Part shown: piece by piece, positions 37,569 to 49,653 of the stretch
Numbering within the stretch: position 1 is the first letter of the stretch
How the letters are laid out: each line of letters begins with the position of its first letter
Position numbers and translations under genes: made by a program
DNA from: an uncultured delta proteobacterium
GTDB taxonomy: Bacteria; Desulfobacterota; Desulfobacteria; Desulfobacterales; Desulfosalsimonadaceae
Direction of reading: 5' to 3'
Assembly (NCBI GenBank): GCA_963826785.1
Contig: CAWGYD010000006.1
Span: forward strand, 448,001-512,000
Length of the DNA: 64,000 nucleotides
The notes under the pieces: model-generated
Told to the model about the DNA's origin: nothing
The model's input: the letters and a program-made list of their open reading frames with translations, nothing else
The model's database searches: none

Positions 37569-39353
37569 CTAAAAATCGCTGCTGAACTGCTTGCCGAAAA
37601 GGATATCGTAGGTCAGGATTTCAAGATTTTTCAGGAAGGGGTCCTGCCGGTGGCTCAAAAAGGTCGATGGATGGCCGCCGTGATCGGTCACCAGATTGCG
37701 GTGGATCACCGGGTAATCTGAAAGCCCTTTTTCGGAAAACAGCATTTGGGGCGGCAGGGTAATGCCCATCTGCCGAAGCAGGATGCCCGGAATGTAGGAC
37801 GGGCTGATCTGCCGGACCAGGTCTTCGGTATGGAGAAGTCCTTTGCGGTTTGACCAGAGGAGCGCCGGCACCCGGGAAAGCTGCAGGTCCATCTCCAGCC
37901 CCTGTTTGAGTATTCCGGAAAGATGATAGAATGCCGGCCCGATGTTGGGCTGGTGGTCACCGAAAAAAAGCAGGATCACCGGCTCCGGGCGGGTGCTCAG
38001 GTATCGGGTCAACTGCCCCAGTGCCCGGTCCGCATCCCGGATGCCGGTCAGATAGGTGGACAGCTCCTGGTTGAGCCGTTCGGGGTAGTCGGACTTGACC
38101 CCCACCACATCGGAATTAAATGCATCCGGCAGATAAGGCATGTGGTTTTCCATGGAGACCGCATAAAGCATATACGGCCCCTTGGCCGCATCGATGACGT
38201 CGATCATCTTGTCCACCAGGGCCGCATCCGACACGAACTTCCCCCTCGTGGGTGCCCCTTCGAAATCTTCCAGCGAAATAAACCGCTCAAACCCCAGGTT
38301 GGGATAGACCCGGTCGCGGTGCCAGAACCAGGCGTGAAACGGGTGCATCGCCACTGTTTCATACCCTCTGTCCTTGAGCACGGAAACCAGGGAAGGGGTG
38401 GGCCGGCGCAGGTAATGATCAAAGGGAATGGCCCCGGGGGGAAGAAAGGCGTTGGACAGCCCGGTGAGCACTTCGAATTCCGCCAGGCTGGTGTTGCCCG
38501 CAAAAGTGGGGGATATCAGGGTGAATTCCGGGAACCGGGCCGACAGCCGGTCGATATTCCGGTACGGATCATCCGATGCCTGGTAGCTTGCGCCGACCAG
38601 GCGGGAAAATCCTTCGCTCATGACGATCACCAGGCTGACCGGCTCCGGGTTTGGTTCCGGTGCGGCCCGGCTGGATTCGGCGCCTTCCACCAGGCGGGCC
38701 ACCATGTCCCTGCTGTAACCCTCGGGTCTGGTGATCAGCGCCGGCGTAATGTTCATGGAAAAGGCCAGCAGAAAACCGTTGGCATCATAATTCCGGGTCT
38801 GATCCCAGTTGATGTTCTGGATTCCGAAAAGAGAAGCGGTATTGGTGGTGTTTAAGACGAACACGCCTGCCAGGAGGGCGGCCACGCCAAGGAAAAGCAG
38901 CCGGATCTTGATCCGCACCCGGCGGGGTTTTTTCCAGAATCGATAGAGGGTAAACAGGAAAAGCGCCAGTGCGCAGAGCCCGGCGATCAAAAGGATGTGC
39001 CCCGACACCAGGGCGGTTCCCAATGCGCCCATCTGGCGGATGTAGAGCAGGTCCCAGGCAAAGAAGGGATCATGGAGGATCATGAGTTTAAAGACATTTA
39101 CGGTGGCCAGGACCATCATGAGCCCAGCGCCGGTGATCAGCCCGGCAATGGTTCTTCCCGTAAGGCCGATCATCGTGGAAAAAATTACGGCGGCCAGCAG
39201 GACATTGACGGCAAAGGGCGCGGGATGCATGCGGAGCCATTCGATCAGTCCGGGCAGGCTTCGACGGATGAGCAGTTCCTGGGCGATGACGATGGCTGCG
39301 GAAGCAACGGGGAGCAGCAACAGACCGGCTCGGGAGCCGGAAAAGGATTTCAT
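37569..39353 (-). CDS. LTA synthase family protein (membrane sulfatase-like phosphotransferase)
   Basis: Five N-terminal TMs; VMSEGF, AGNTSLAEFEVLTG, SMENHMPY, FFGDHQP. Confidence 0.9.
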   Translation of the reverse strand: MKSFSGSRAGLLLLPVASAAIVIAQELLIRRSLPGLIEWLRMHPAPFAVNVLLAAVIFSTMIGLTGRTIAGLITGAGLMMVLATVNVFKLMILHDPFFAWDLLYIRQMGALGTALVSGHILLIAGLCALALFLFTLYRFWKKPRRVRIKIRLLFLGVAALLAGVFVLNTTNTASLFGIQNINWDQTRNYDANGFLLAFSMNITPALITRPEGYSRDMVARLVEGAESSRAAPEPNPEPVSLVIVMSEGFSRLVGASYQASDDPYRNIDRLSARFPEFTLISPTFAGNTSLAEFEVLTGLSNAFLPPGAIPFDHYLRRPTPSLVSVLKDRGYETVAMHPFHAWFWHRDRVYPNLGFERFISLEDFEGAPTRGKFVSDAALVDKMIDVIDAAKGPYMLYAVSMENHMPYLPDAFNSDVVGVKSDYPERLNQELSTYLTGIRDADRALGQLTRYLSTRPEPVILLFFGDHQPNIGPAFYHLSGILKQGLEMDLQLSRVPALLWSNRKGLLHTEDLVRQISPSYIPGILLRQMGITLPPQMLFSEKGLSDYPVIHRNLVTDHGGHPSTFLSHRQDPFLKNLEILTYDILFGKQFSSDF

Positions 39354-39456
39354 GGCAGTGAATGCGGTGCTGAAGGGTTAAGGGTAATGGTTAAAGCACT
39401 TTATAAAAACCTGACCGGAATCCATATACCCGGCAATATTTTCCGTCAACAGAAAT

Positions 39457-39630
39457 TCATAAAAAGGTCAAATCCATCCTAACAGTCCCGCAAATCCGGC
39501 CAGCATGGCCCCCATCGAAGTAAATGTAGATCACAAAGGCCAGCAACGGGATGAAATACCACTCGAATGTGGCGGGATTTCTCAGGATCCCGAGTGCTTT
39601 TCCGGTCAGTTCGGGCTGGTTCAGGGTCAT
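39457..39630 (-). pseudogene. Collapsed membrane-protein gene (N-terminus plus out-of-frame C-terminus)
   Basis: AGGAGAG RBS; MTLNQPELTGKALGILRNPATFEWYFIPLLAFVIYIYF, then in another frame AMLAGFAGLLGWI-stop. Confidence 0.45.
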
Positions 39631-39643
39631 GGCGTCTCTCCTG

Positions 39644-40495
39644 TTATTTCTTGAAAAAGAGTTGAATGACCGGAGACGGTTCGGGCGGATGCCAGTCGGT
39701 TTCTTTGGGGTCTTCGGGCCAGGTGAAGGGAAGGTGAATGACCGTGCCCGGGGCGGCGGCTTTTTCGAAAACGTCGAGTGTCTTTAAAAGAACGGCCCGC
39801 TGTCCCTCCCGGTCGTGGACCCGGCCCACCGGACGGCCGAAGGGGTATTCGATGGCAGCGATTCGGGGAATGCCGATTTCCCGGTTGTATTCCGGGATCA
39901 TGGAGAGCATCACCGTGGAAAACCCGGATTCCTCCAGGTACCGGGCCACCAGTCCCACGGACCGGCAGCACAGCGGTCAGGTGGGGGTGAGCACGGCCGC
40001 ATCCACGCCTTCTTCTTTCATGTGCGCCGCAATGGCCGGCATGGTCGACTCCATCAGGGCGGTGGGGTCCATCTGATATCCGTAAATGGAATAGCTGGTG
40101 GGGGCGAATTTACCGATGACGCCCTCCTGCTCGAATTCTAAAAAGCGCTGGAGGGGGAGTACCACGTTGATGTCTTCTTTCACATACCGGGTGTTGACAT
40201 GAAGATGGTTGATGGTGATGTCGGCTTCGGTGGCGGTGCTGCCGATCATGCGAAAGGAGGGGTCGCCCCACAGGGGTTCGGCTTTTTCACGCTCCATATT
40301 AAATGCCGGATCGGTTTTCATGCTGATCCCCGCCGAGGTGAGCAGGGCAAACGTCGCCTCTTTAACGGCCTTTTTCATGGGGGTCCACGGGATGTCGCCG
40401 GAATACTCGGCATCCGGAATGCTCTTTGAGATAAATGCCTTGAGGGATCTGGGCATGAACTTGAATCCGTCGACGATTTTCGCGTTGCCGTTCAT
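39644..40495 (-). CDS. PrdB/GrdB-family (glycine/sarcosine/betaine/proline reductase B-like) selenoprotein, Sec at UGA 39977-39979
   Basis: IPWTP, ALLTSAG, GDPSFR, DINVVLP, EGVDAAVLTPT-UGA-PLCCRSVGLVARYLEESG in one frame; SECIS-like hairpin after the UGA; AGGAGG RBS. Confidence 0.85.
39945..39969 (-). promoter_or_regulatory. Bacterial SECIS-like stem-loop
   Basis: mRNA UGA-CCGCUGU-GCUGCCGGUCC-GUG-GGACUGGUGGC: 11-bp stem with G-U pairs; apical loop begins with G, 19 nt after the UGA. Confidence 0.7.
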
Positions 40496-40654
40496 GAGCG
40501 CCTCCTGATCAATGGGGTAGCGGATTGAAATATGATCGAATTTCGGCTGTTTTGATGTGTCCTGCATTCTTTTGGTCCAGATTATCGGCGAAGAGCCGGT
40601 ATTTCAATTAAAATTTGAAAATTGCGCGAAATTTATGATATCAGTTTCTATTTT

Positions 40655-40710
40655 AGTGGCCGAAGGAAAACCAGGATATTGGATAAATAGACGGTTTTCG
40701 TTCAGCCACA
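40655..40710. mobile_element. Collapsed, inverted mini-copy of the 28058-28200 element
   Basis: AGTGGCCGAAGGAAAACCAGGATATT + GGATAAATAGACGGTTTTCGTTCAGCCAC match both ends of the larger element, without its middle. Confidence 0.7.
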
Positions 40711-40749
40711 ATTTCAGACAACCGACACCGTTTACCGAGAGGAGCCCCG

Positions 40750-42171
40750 ATGAGACAACTGGAGCGCATGATCGAGCGGATCAGCCGGCTGGTCAGCATT
40801 CACCTGAGAAACTTCCATTTCGATCCCGACGCGTACTTGAAAACGACCATACCCATTAAACAATTCGGCAAGTTCTATGGATTCTACGGCATCAGCTCAC
40901 ATCATCCCATCCATTTTCATTTCAGCCATTCCAACCTGGCGGGCAGCTACCTCCTGGGTCAGTGCAAGGTGGACAATTCCATCCTGTACAAGAGTGATAT
41001 CCGGGGGGATGAACTGAAACAAAAAGGAGACGTTCTCGAGTACAAGGGATTTAACATCCCCATCGACCACGATGAGATCATCCGCATCGAGGACAGCTTT
41101 CTGATCAAGACCCTGGTGCACAATTACTCCCATGATCCTGAAAAGCCGGAACAGTTTTTGATCAAGTGCTCGGCCTCCATGCATTATGCCAATATTCACG
41201 GATCCACCATGGTCGGGTGCTTCCTGGGACCGTTTGCCACGGTGGACCTCACCTCCCTGCGGGACTGCCGGATCGGGGAATTTTCCTACATCTGGGTTGG
41301 AGAACTGGCGTATCAGCAGGTGGGTCCGGGTGTGGTCTGGGTGAAAAACGGGGATGTCTTTGATTTTAAATACAGCTTTCCCGAAAAGGTCTTGAACCGC
41401 TACGTGCGGTTTTCGGAAAACAATGTTCCCGTGGGGGCTCTCATGGAATTTGTGGAAAACCGGGAAATGGATTTCGAGCGGCTCTATCACGTGGTTCATC
41501 TCAAGCCGCCGGTGAACGTGCCCTCCGGTGCCTCCATCAACCGGTACTCGGTATTCAAGGGCCAGAGCCAGATCGGGGAGAATGTCCTGGTGGCCCAGCG
41601 GGCATACATCGAGGACTCCCTGCTGGGAAACGGGGCCAATGCCCAGGAAAACTGCTATATCACCCATTCACGGCTGGAAGGATTGAACGTGACCGCCCAC
41701 GGGGCCAAGCTGAGCTTCGTTCAACTGGGACGGAAGGTGTTCGTGGGATTCAACTCCTTTTTGCGGGGAAAACTGATCTGCCCTTTGGTGGTCGGCGAAA
41801 ACAGCATCATCATGCCCCATACCATCATCGACCTGGACGAGCCGGTCACCGTTCCTCCCGAGACCCTGGTCTGGGGGTACATCACCTCGCCCAAGGATTT
41901 AAAGACCCACAGCATACCCCTAAAAGACCTGGCGGCATCGGACAAGCCCATTGAAATCGGAAGGATGCGGTTTTCCGGCAGCGGCCTTCAGTTCGTCAAG
42001 ACCTTCCAGGACCGCATCAACCACATTCTGGAGGCAAACGGTGCCTTTTTCGACGGCACCAGCGGAAAAGGTCATGCGCAGAAAGGACAGAACATCTCCT
42101 TTAATATCATCCAGCCATATCCCATGGGTCCTCTGAAGGGACTTTATCCAACCATTGATATTAATCCCTGA
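40750..42171 (+). CDS. Hexapeptide-repeat (beta-helix) transferase-like protein of unknown function
   Basis: IGENVLVAQRAYIEDSLLG, LGRKVFVGFNSF, VGENSIIMPHTII repeats; long ORF after AGGAG. Confidence 0.7.
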   Translation: MRQLERMIERISRLVSIHLRNFHFDPDAYLKTTIPIKQFGKFYGFYGISSHHPIHFHFSHSNLAGSYLLGQCKVDNSILYKSDIRGDELKQKGDVLEYKGFNIPIDHDEIIRIEDSFLIKTLVHNYSHDPEKPEQFLIKCSASMHYANIHGSTMVGCFLGPFATVDLTSLRDCRIGEFSYIWVGELAYQQVGPGVVWVKNGDVFDFKYSFPEKVLNRYVRFSENNVPVGALMEFVENREMDFERLYHVVHLKPPVNVPSGASINRYSVFKGQSQIGENVLVAQRAYIEDSLLGNGANAQENCYITHSRLEGLNVTAHGAKLSFVQLGRKVFVGFNSFLRGKLICPLVVGENSIIMPHTIIDLDEPVTVPPETLVWGYITSPKDLKTHSIPLKDLAASDKPIEIGRMRFSGSGLQFVKTFQDRINHILEANGAFFDGTSGKGHAQKGQNISFNIIQPYPMGPLKGLYPTIDINP

Positions 42172-42264
42172 CGGGATTATGGTTATGGCGATCGGCTGTG
42201 AAGATGTTCAGGCGGCGTTTGGCAGCTGTCTAAATTGCAAGACCTGGCCAATTGAAGGAGAATT

Positions 42265-43248
42265 ATGAATCGGTATACGGCAAAACGCATTCTGATCACC
42301 GGCGGGGCGGGGTTTTTGGGCTCCCACCTGTGCGACCGGCTGCTGGCGGACGGAAATGAAGTCATCTGTCTGGACAACTGCTACACGGGGACCAAGGCAA
42401 ACATCTATCACCTGTTCAACAATCCCCAGTTTGAGTTCATCCGGCATGATGTCACCTTTCCCTTCTATATCGAGGTGGATGAAATCTACAACCTGGCCTG
42501 CCCCGCCTCCCCTGTCCATTACCAGTATGACCCCGTCCAGACCACCAAGACATCGGTGCACGGCGCCATCAATATGCTGGGGCTGGCCAAGCGCATCAAG
42601 GCCAGGATCCTTCAGTCTTCCACGTCCGAGGTATACGGCGATCCCCGGGAACATCCCCAGAAAGAAACCTACTGGGGGCACGTCAACCCCATCGGCCCCC
42701 GCTCCTGCTATGACGAGGCCAAGCGCTGCGCGGAAACGCTTTTTTTCGATTATTACCGGCAGCACGGCATCCCCATAAAAGTGGCCCGCATTTTCAATAC
42801 CTATGGCCCCCGGATGCACCCCAACGATGGCCGGGTGGTTTCCAATTTCATCCTGCAGGCCCTGCGCGATCAGCCCATCACCATCTACGGCGACGGTTCC
42901 CAGACCCGTTCGTTCTGCTTTGTGGACGACATGATCGAAGGGCTGATCAAGTTGATGGCCACGCCAAATGGGTTCACCGGCCCGGTCAATCTGGGCAACC
43001 CCTATGAGATGTCCATCCGGGAACTGGCGGAAAAGATCATTGCCATTTCCGGTTCGGGATCGAAAATCATTTGCCAGGCGCTGCCGCAGGATGATCCGAA
43101 GCAGCGGAAACCGGACATCAGCCTGGCAAAAGAAGCTCTCGGCTGGAGTCCTGCAGTGAAGCTGGAAGAAGGCCTGGTGCAGACCATCGCCTATTTCGAA
43201 GCCCTGATCAAGGAATCGGCGGCAGCGGACTTAACCTGCAAGAATTAA
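42265..43248 (+). CDS. UDP-glucuronate decarboxylase (UDP-xylose synthase)
   Basis: [43 protein letters not shown]. Confidence 0.95.
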   Translation: MNRYTAKRILITGGAGFLGSHLCDRLLADGNEVICLDNCYTGTKANIYHLFNNPQFEFIRHDVTFPFYIEVDEIYNLACPASPVHYQYDPVQTTKTSVHGAINMLGLAKRIKARILQSSTSEVYGDPREHPQKETYWGHVNPIGPRSCYDEAKRCAETLFFDYYRQHGIPIKVARIFNTYGPRMHPNDGRVVSNFILQALRDQPITIYGDGSQTRSFCFVDDMIEGLIKLMATPNGFTGPVNLGNPYEMSIRELAEKIIAISGSGSKIICQALPQDDPKQRKPDISLAKEALGWSPAVKLEEGLVQTIAYFEALIKESAAADLTCKN

Positions 43249-43310
43249 TTTTGATGGATCTGTTTTCACCTGTGTGCTGCCGGTGATCAAATACCCTGAA
43301 AGGAATCAAA

Positions 43311-43865
43311 ATGGCATCAAAACTGGAAGCGGGTGATAGGGCCCCTGATTTTTCATTCGATACCCCCTGGCAATCCGGTCTGTCGTTTTATACCCAGGCG
43401 GGAGATCAAACGTCGGTGCTGGTATTTCTGCGGTACCTGGGGTGCCCGGTCTGCCAGATGGAAATGGCCCGGCTGAAGCGGGAAATCGATCGTTTTCAGG
43501 ACAAGGGGGCCGCGGTGTTCGTGGTGATCCAGAGTGAAACGGCTGTGGTGAGATCGAGGACCGAGGAGGAAGACTGGCCGTTTGTGCTGGTATGCGATCC
43601 GGAGGCTTCGATTTTCCGGCAGTACGGGGTTGAGCCCGGCGGCGTTCTTAAGTACCTGCACCCGGCGGGACTGGTGGCTGCCGTCCGGGCCACTGCGAAA
43701 GGATTCCGCCACGGCAAATTCGAAGGGAACGAGACCCAGGTGCCGGCGGCCTTTGTGATCTCATCACGGAAAAAAATCGAGTTTGCCCATTACGGGAAAA
43801 CCATCAGCGATGTGCCCTCGCCCGAACAGCTTTCCGCTCAAATCCATTATGATCTGAGAAATTAA
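43311..43865 (+). CDS. AhpC/TSA peroxiredoxin-like protein
   Basis: GDRAPDF, FLRYLGCPVC, QVPAAFVI. Confidence 0.85.
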   Translation: MASKLEAGDRAPDFSFDTPWQSGLSFYTQAGDQTSVLVFLRYLGCPVCQMEMARLKREIDRFQDKGAAVFVVIQSETAVVRSRTEEEDWPFVLVCDPEASIFRQYGVEPGGVLKYLHPAGLVAAVRATAKGFRHGKFEGNETQVPAAFVISSRKKIEFAHYGKTISDVPSPEQLSAQIHYDLRN

Positions 43866-44110
43866 TCCGGGTATTGACATTTCATTCAAAATCGGTATAT
43901 CCATATCCCCCGAAAAAACCATTCCCCATTCATAAACAGGTAATTATAAGATGCCAGCAATTTATTTTTATCCTGTGGATGAATGCCTGTGTTCAGCAAG
44001 CATCTCCTTGAACTCACCCATTTATCCCAAAATTGATATCCGGGTCTGCGTGCCTGCAACGGCATGGGGAAATTTCGGTTTAACCGTCAATTTCAAAGGA
44101 GAAGTGTTCG

Positions 44111-45981
<1,871 letters not shown>

Positions 45982-46011
45982 AAAAGGGTTGCTTCACAGC
46001 CAGATACGCAT

Positions 46012-47124
46012 ATGAAAAATTCAAGCTTCAATCTGAGAAAACGTGTGAAACGAAATTCAGCCTCGAAAGGCATCCCGAAAAAGGCGGGAATCCGGGTTGA
46101 ATCGGCCGTTTGGGGCATGGTGATGGTTCTGGTGATGACCGTAATCGGCATCGGGTGCAGGCAGGATCAAACAAATCATTCCCAAAAACCGGTGGGTATT
46201 CAAAAGAATTACCGGCAGGGATCGGTGGAAGTGGTGCTTGCGGCCGATAAAAAGGTCATCACCATCGCCGATACGCTCGATCTGACCATTTCCGTACTGG
46301 CAAAAAGTCAGGACCGGGTCACGCTGCCCCAATTTGATCAGCAGGTGGCGGATTTCAGCGTCAAAAACACGGTTCAGCCGCCCCCCGAACTGGAAGCCGA
46401 CGGCCGGGTGCGCTATGAAAAGACACTGACATTGAAGCCGTTTCTTGCGGGCACCTACACCATTCCGGCCATGGACATTAAAGTGGTACGGCCGGACAGG
46501 GATGCAGCAGCGCCGCTGACCATCCGGACCGAACCGGTGGACATCGAGATCAAATCCGTGCTGCCGGCGGATGCCCAGCCTCAACTGCACGAGATTCAGC
46601 CCCCGGTGTCCCTGCCCGATCGAATATACGTGTGGATTGCCGGTGCAGCCGCTGCCGCACTATTGCTGGCCGGAGGATTTTTGGGTTTTCTATTTTGGCG
46701 GAAGCGAAAAGCCGGCCCCGTGCCCATAGAGATCCGCCCCGCCCATGAGACCGCCCGGGCCGCGCTTTGCGACCTGATGGCCCGGGACCTGCTGGAGCAG
46801 GGGGCCTATAAGGTTTTTTACCTGGAACTCTCCGCCATTCTGCGCCGGTATATCGAAAACCGTTTTGCCTTAAAAGCCCCGGAGCAGACCACTCCGGAAT
46901 TTTTGACCACCATGAAATCCGCCGGCAGCCTGGCCGCCGAACACAAAAAGCTGCTCCGGCGGTTTCTGGAACACAGCGACATGGTGAAATTCGCCAAGTA
47001 CCATCCGGCCTCCCGGGAAGTAAAAGACGCCATCGATATTGTGGAGCGCTTTATCGATGAGACCGCATATGCAAATGCGCCGGAAAAAAGCAAACCGGAC
47101 CGGGAGGAATATCATGCGGTTTGA
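46012..47124 (+). CDS. Bat-operon membrane protein (BatD-like N-terminus, single TM); start uncertain
   Basis: GTYTIPA, IQPPV, TM, LRRYIENRF..APEQTT.EF, DMVKFAKY; position between DUF58 and BatA. Confidence 0.75.
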   Translation: MKNSSFNLRKRVKRNSASKGIPKKAGIRVESAVWGMVMVLVMTVIGIGCRQDQTNHSQKPVGIQKNYRQGSVEVVLAADKKVITIADTLDLTISVLAKSQDRVTLPQFDQQVADFSVKNTVQPPPELEADGRVRYEKTLTLKPFLAGTYTIPAMDIKVVRPDRDAAAPLTIRTEPVDIEIKSVLPADAQPQLHEIQPPVSLPDRIYVWIAGAAAAALLLAGGFLGFLFWRKRKAGPVPIEIRPAHETARAALCDLMARDLLEQGAYKVFYLELSAILRRYIENRFALKAPEQTTPEFLTTMKSAGSLAAEHKKLLRRFLEHSDMVKFAKYHPASREVKDAIDIVERFIDETAYANAPEKSKPDREEYHAV

Positions 47125-48170
47125 GGCGCCTTTGGCCTTTCTGCTCCTCCTGCTGGTTCCCCTGGCCGTATTTCTTTTCTTCAAGCTGCGGGGCAGCGGC
47201 AGCATTTCTTTTTCCAGCACCGGCAACATGGAGGCGATTAAGCCCTCTCTGAAGCAGCGGCTGTTTTATCTGCCCCTGGCGATGCGCATCCTGGCACTGG
47301 TGCTGCTGATCACGGCCCTGGCCCGGCCCCAGGCGGGAACCGAGCAGGCCAGAGACATCAGCCAGGGGATTGCCATCGAGATGGTGGTGGACCGCTCCGG
47401 GAGCATGGGCCAGCAAATGGATTACGACGGCAGCCGCGCCACCCGCCTGGATGTGGTCAAAAAGGTTTTCAATGAATTTGTCGTGGGCAACTCGGGCAGC
47501 CTGTCGGGGCGGCCAACCGATCTGATCGGGATGGTGACCTTTGCCCGCTATTCCCAGACCGTCTGTCCCCTGACCCTGGCCCATGGGGCCATTGCCAAGA
47601 TGCTGGACCACGTGGTCCTGGTCACCCGCAGAAACGAAGACGGCACGGCCGTGGGAGATGCGGTGGCCCTGGCCGCGGCCCGGCTTCAAAAGGCCGAAAA
47701 GACCCTGTCCCGTCAGACGGGGCGGGACGAGCAGGAATACACGATCAAATCAAAGATCATCATTCTGCTTACCGACGGGCAGAACAATGCCGGAGCGCGC
47801 ACCCCGGCAGAAGCCGCCGACTCTGGCCAAAAAATGGGGCATCCGGATCTATACCATCGGCGTGGGCGGCAACCCGGCAGAAGGCGGAGGCGGCCTGTTC
47901 AGCCAGTTCTTATCCATGGCCCGAAGAGGCGTGGATGAGGAAACCTTGAAATCCATGGCCGATGCCACCGGCGGCAGGTTTTACATGGCCGAAGATGCCG
48001 ATTCCCTGCGCGACATCTATGCCCGGATCGATACCATGGAAAAAAGCAGGATCGAATCGGTCCGCTACATGGATTACCGGGAACTTTTTACCCCGCTGGC
48101 CTATGCCGGCCTGGGCTTTTTGTTTCTGGAAATTTTGCTGGCAAACACATGGTTTCGGAGGATTCCTTAA
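47114..48170 (+). CDS. batA: BatA-like VWA domain protein (+1 frameshift near 47821)
   Basis: MRFEAP, ALARPQ, DRSGSM MIDAS, CPLT, GTAVGDA, LLTDGQNN, IYTIGVG, ends FRRIP. Confidence 0.88.
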
Positions 48171-48173
48171 CAG

Positions 48174-49226
48174 ATGCGGTTTCAGCACATTGAAATCCTG
48201 CTGCTGCTGTGGGTGATCCCGATACTGGGGGCTTTTTTCGCCTATGGGGCGTACCGGCGCAAGCAGGCCCTGCAGTCGTTTGCCGAATCGAAGCTGCTTT
48301 TCCGGATCAATTGCGAAGTAAGCTCCGCGCGGCGGCGATCAAAGGCCCTGATGCTCATGATCGCGTTTGCCCTGGGGGTTCTGGCCGTTGCCCGGCCCGC
48401 GTGGAACCCGGTGCCCGAAACCGTCAGGCGCACCGGCCGGGACGTGGTGTTCCTGCTGGATGTCTCAAACTCCATGATGGCCGAAGACCTGGCCCCCAAC
48501 CGCCTGGCGCGGGCGAGGCTGGCCATTGCCGACTGCATCGAACACCTGCAGGGGGACCGGGTGGCCCTGGTGGCGTTTGCCGGCAATGCGGTGGTCAAGT
48601 GCCCGCTGACGCTGGATTACGGGTTTTTCCGCATGGCCCTGGAGGATACCGGCCCCGATACCGTATCCCGGGGGGGCACCATGATCGGAGATGCCGTTAG
48701 AGCGGCTTTAGACCAGGTATTTGACGACCGGGACAGCAAGTACAAGGACATCATCCTGATCACCGACGGCGAAGATCATGAGAGCTTCCCCGTGGATGCG
48801 GCCGCCGAAGCCGGCAACCGGGGCATCCGGATGATCGCCATCGGCATCGGGGACGAAAACGAGGGCCGGCGCATCCCCATCACCGATGCCTCGGGAAATC
48901 AGACTTTTCTCAAGTATGACGGCCGGGAAGTATGGAGCAAGCTGGACGCGGATACCCTTCGCCAGATGGTCAACGCCACCCCCGGCGGCCGGTATCTCAA
49001 CGTGGCCACCGGCACCATCGACCTGGGGGAGGTCTACCTGAAACTGGTGGCCACCGCTGAAAAAAAGGCCCTTGAGTCCGAGACGGTCATGCGCTATGAG
49101 GAAAAATTCCAGGTATTTCTGGGATTGATGATTTTTCTGCTCCTTTCCGAAATGCTGGTGGGCGACCGGATGCGCACCAGGGTAAATTCAAAAGTAGATG
49201 CAAAAGCAGATGTAAGGGAGAAATGA
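48174..49226 (+). CDS. batB: BatB-like VWA domain protein
   Basis: DVSNSMMAEDLAPNRL, DRVALVAFAG, CPLTLDY, ITDGEDHE. Confidence 0.9.
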   Translation: MRFQHIEILLLLWVIPILGAFFAYGAYRRKQALQSFAESKLLFRINCEVSSARRRSKALMLMIAFALGVLAVARPAWNPVPETVRRTGRDVVFLLDVSNSMMAEDLAPNRLARARLAIADCIEHLQGDRVALVAFAGNAVVKCPLTLDYGFFRMALEDTGPDTVSRGGTMIGDAVRAALDQVFDDRDSKYKDIILITDGEDHESFPVDAAAEAGNRGIRMIAIGIGDENEGRRIPITDASGNQTFLKYDGREVWSKLDADTLRQMVNATPGGRYLNVATGTIDLGEVYLKLVATAEKKALESETVMRYEEKFQVFLGLMIFLLLSEMLVGDRMRTRVNSKVDAKADVREK

Positions 49227-49412
49227 CATCTTTTTACACCGCCTTCATTTTATGAACCAAAAAGCCAAAAAAGACGGATATATAAAAATTTTCAGTGAGC
49301 TTTCAAGAAACTTGTTTTTGCGCGCAAGGGCAAGAAGAACAGCACCCATTTCAAAGGGTTTTTACTGCAAAAACACCGTACGGCTCGATGAGGCGCTTCT
49401 AAGAAAGTGTCC

Positions 49413-49615
49413 TATGCCGAGGCGACATGGCCGCAGATTTCTCCCGCTCACGGTTCATTATTTTGATGCTTCTAAGATTCGCTGCGCTGCATCCTGGAAA
49501 CTCGCCTGTCGGCTCAGACAGTCCAGGATGCGGCCGCTTTGCTTCATCAAGAAGCATTTCAAAATAATGAAGCCATGTTCGCCGGGAGAACCCCGCAGCC
49601 ATGTCCTGGGCCATA
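49413..49615. repeat. About 200-bp long-hairpin (MITE-like) element
   Basis: Nested arms GACATGGC/GCCATGTC, TTCTCCCG/CGGGAGAA, TTCATTATTTTGA/TCAAAATAATGAA, GCATCCTGGA/TCCAGGATGC around AACTCGCCTGTCGGCTCAGACAG. Confidence 0.75.
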
Positions 49616-49653
49616 CGTATAATTTATATAAAAACAGTATCTTGAGTTGTGAG

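Noticed and set aside
43311..43865. Second selenoprotein in the AhpC-like gene
   Set aside because: Ordinary CPVC motif, no in-frame UGA.
49252..49653. N-terminal 134 aa of the 376-aa ORF as a real domain
   Set aside because: Composition is not protein-like and it overlaps the long hairpin element.
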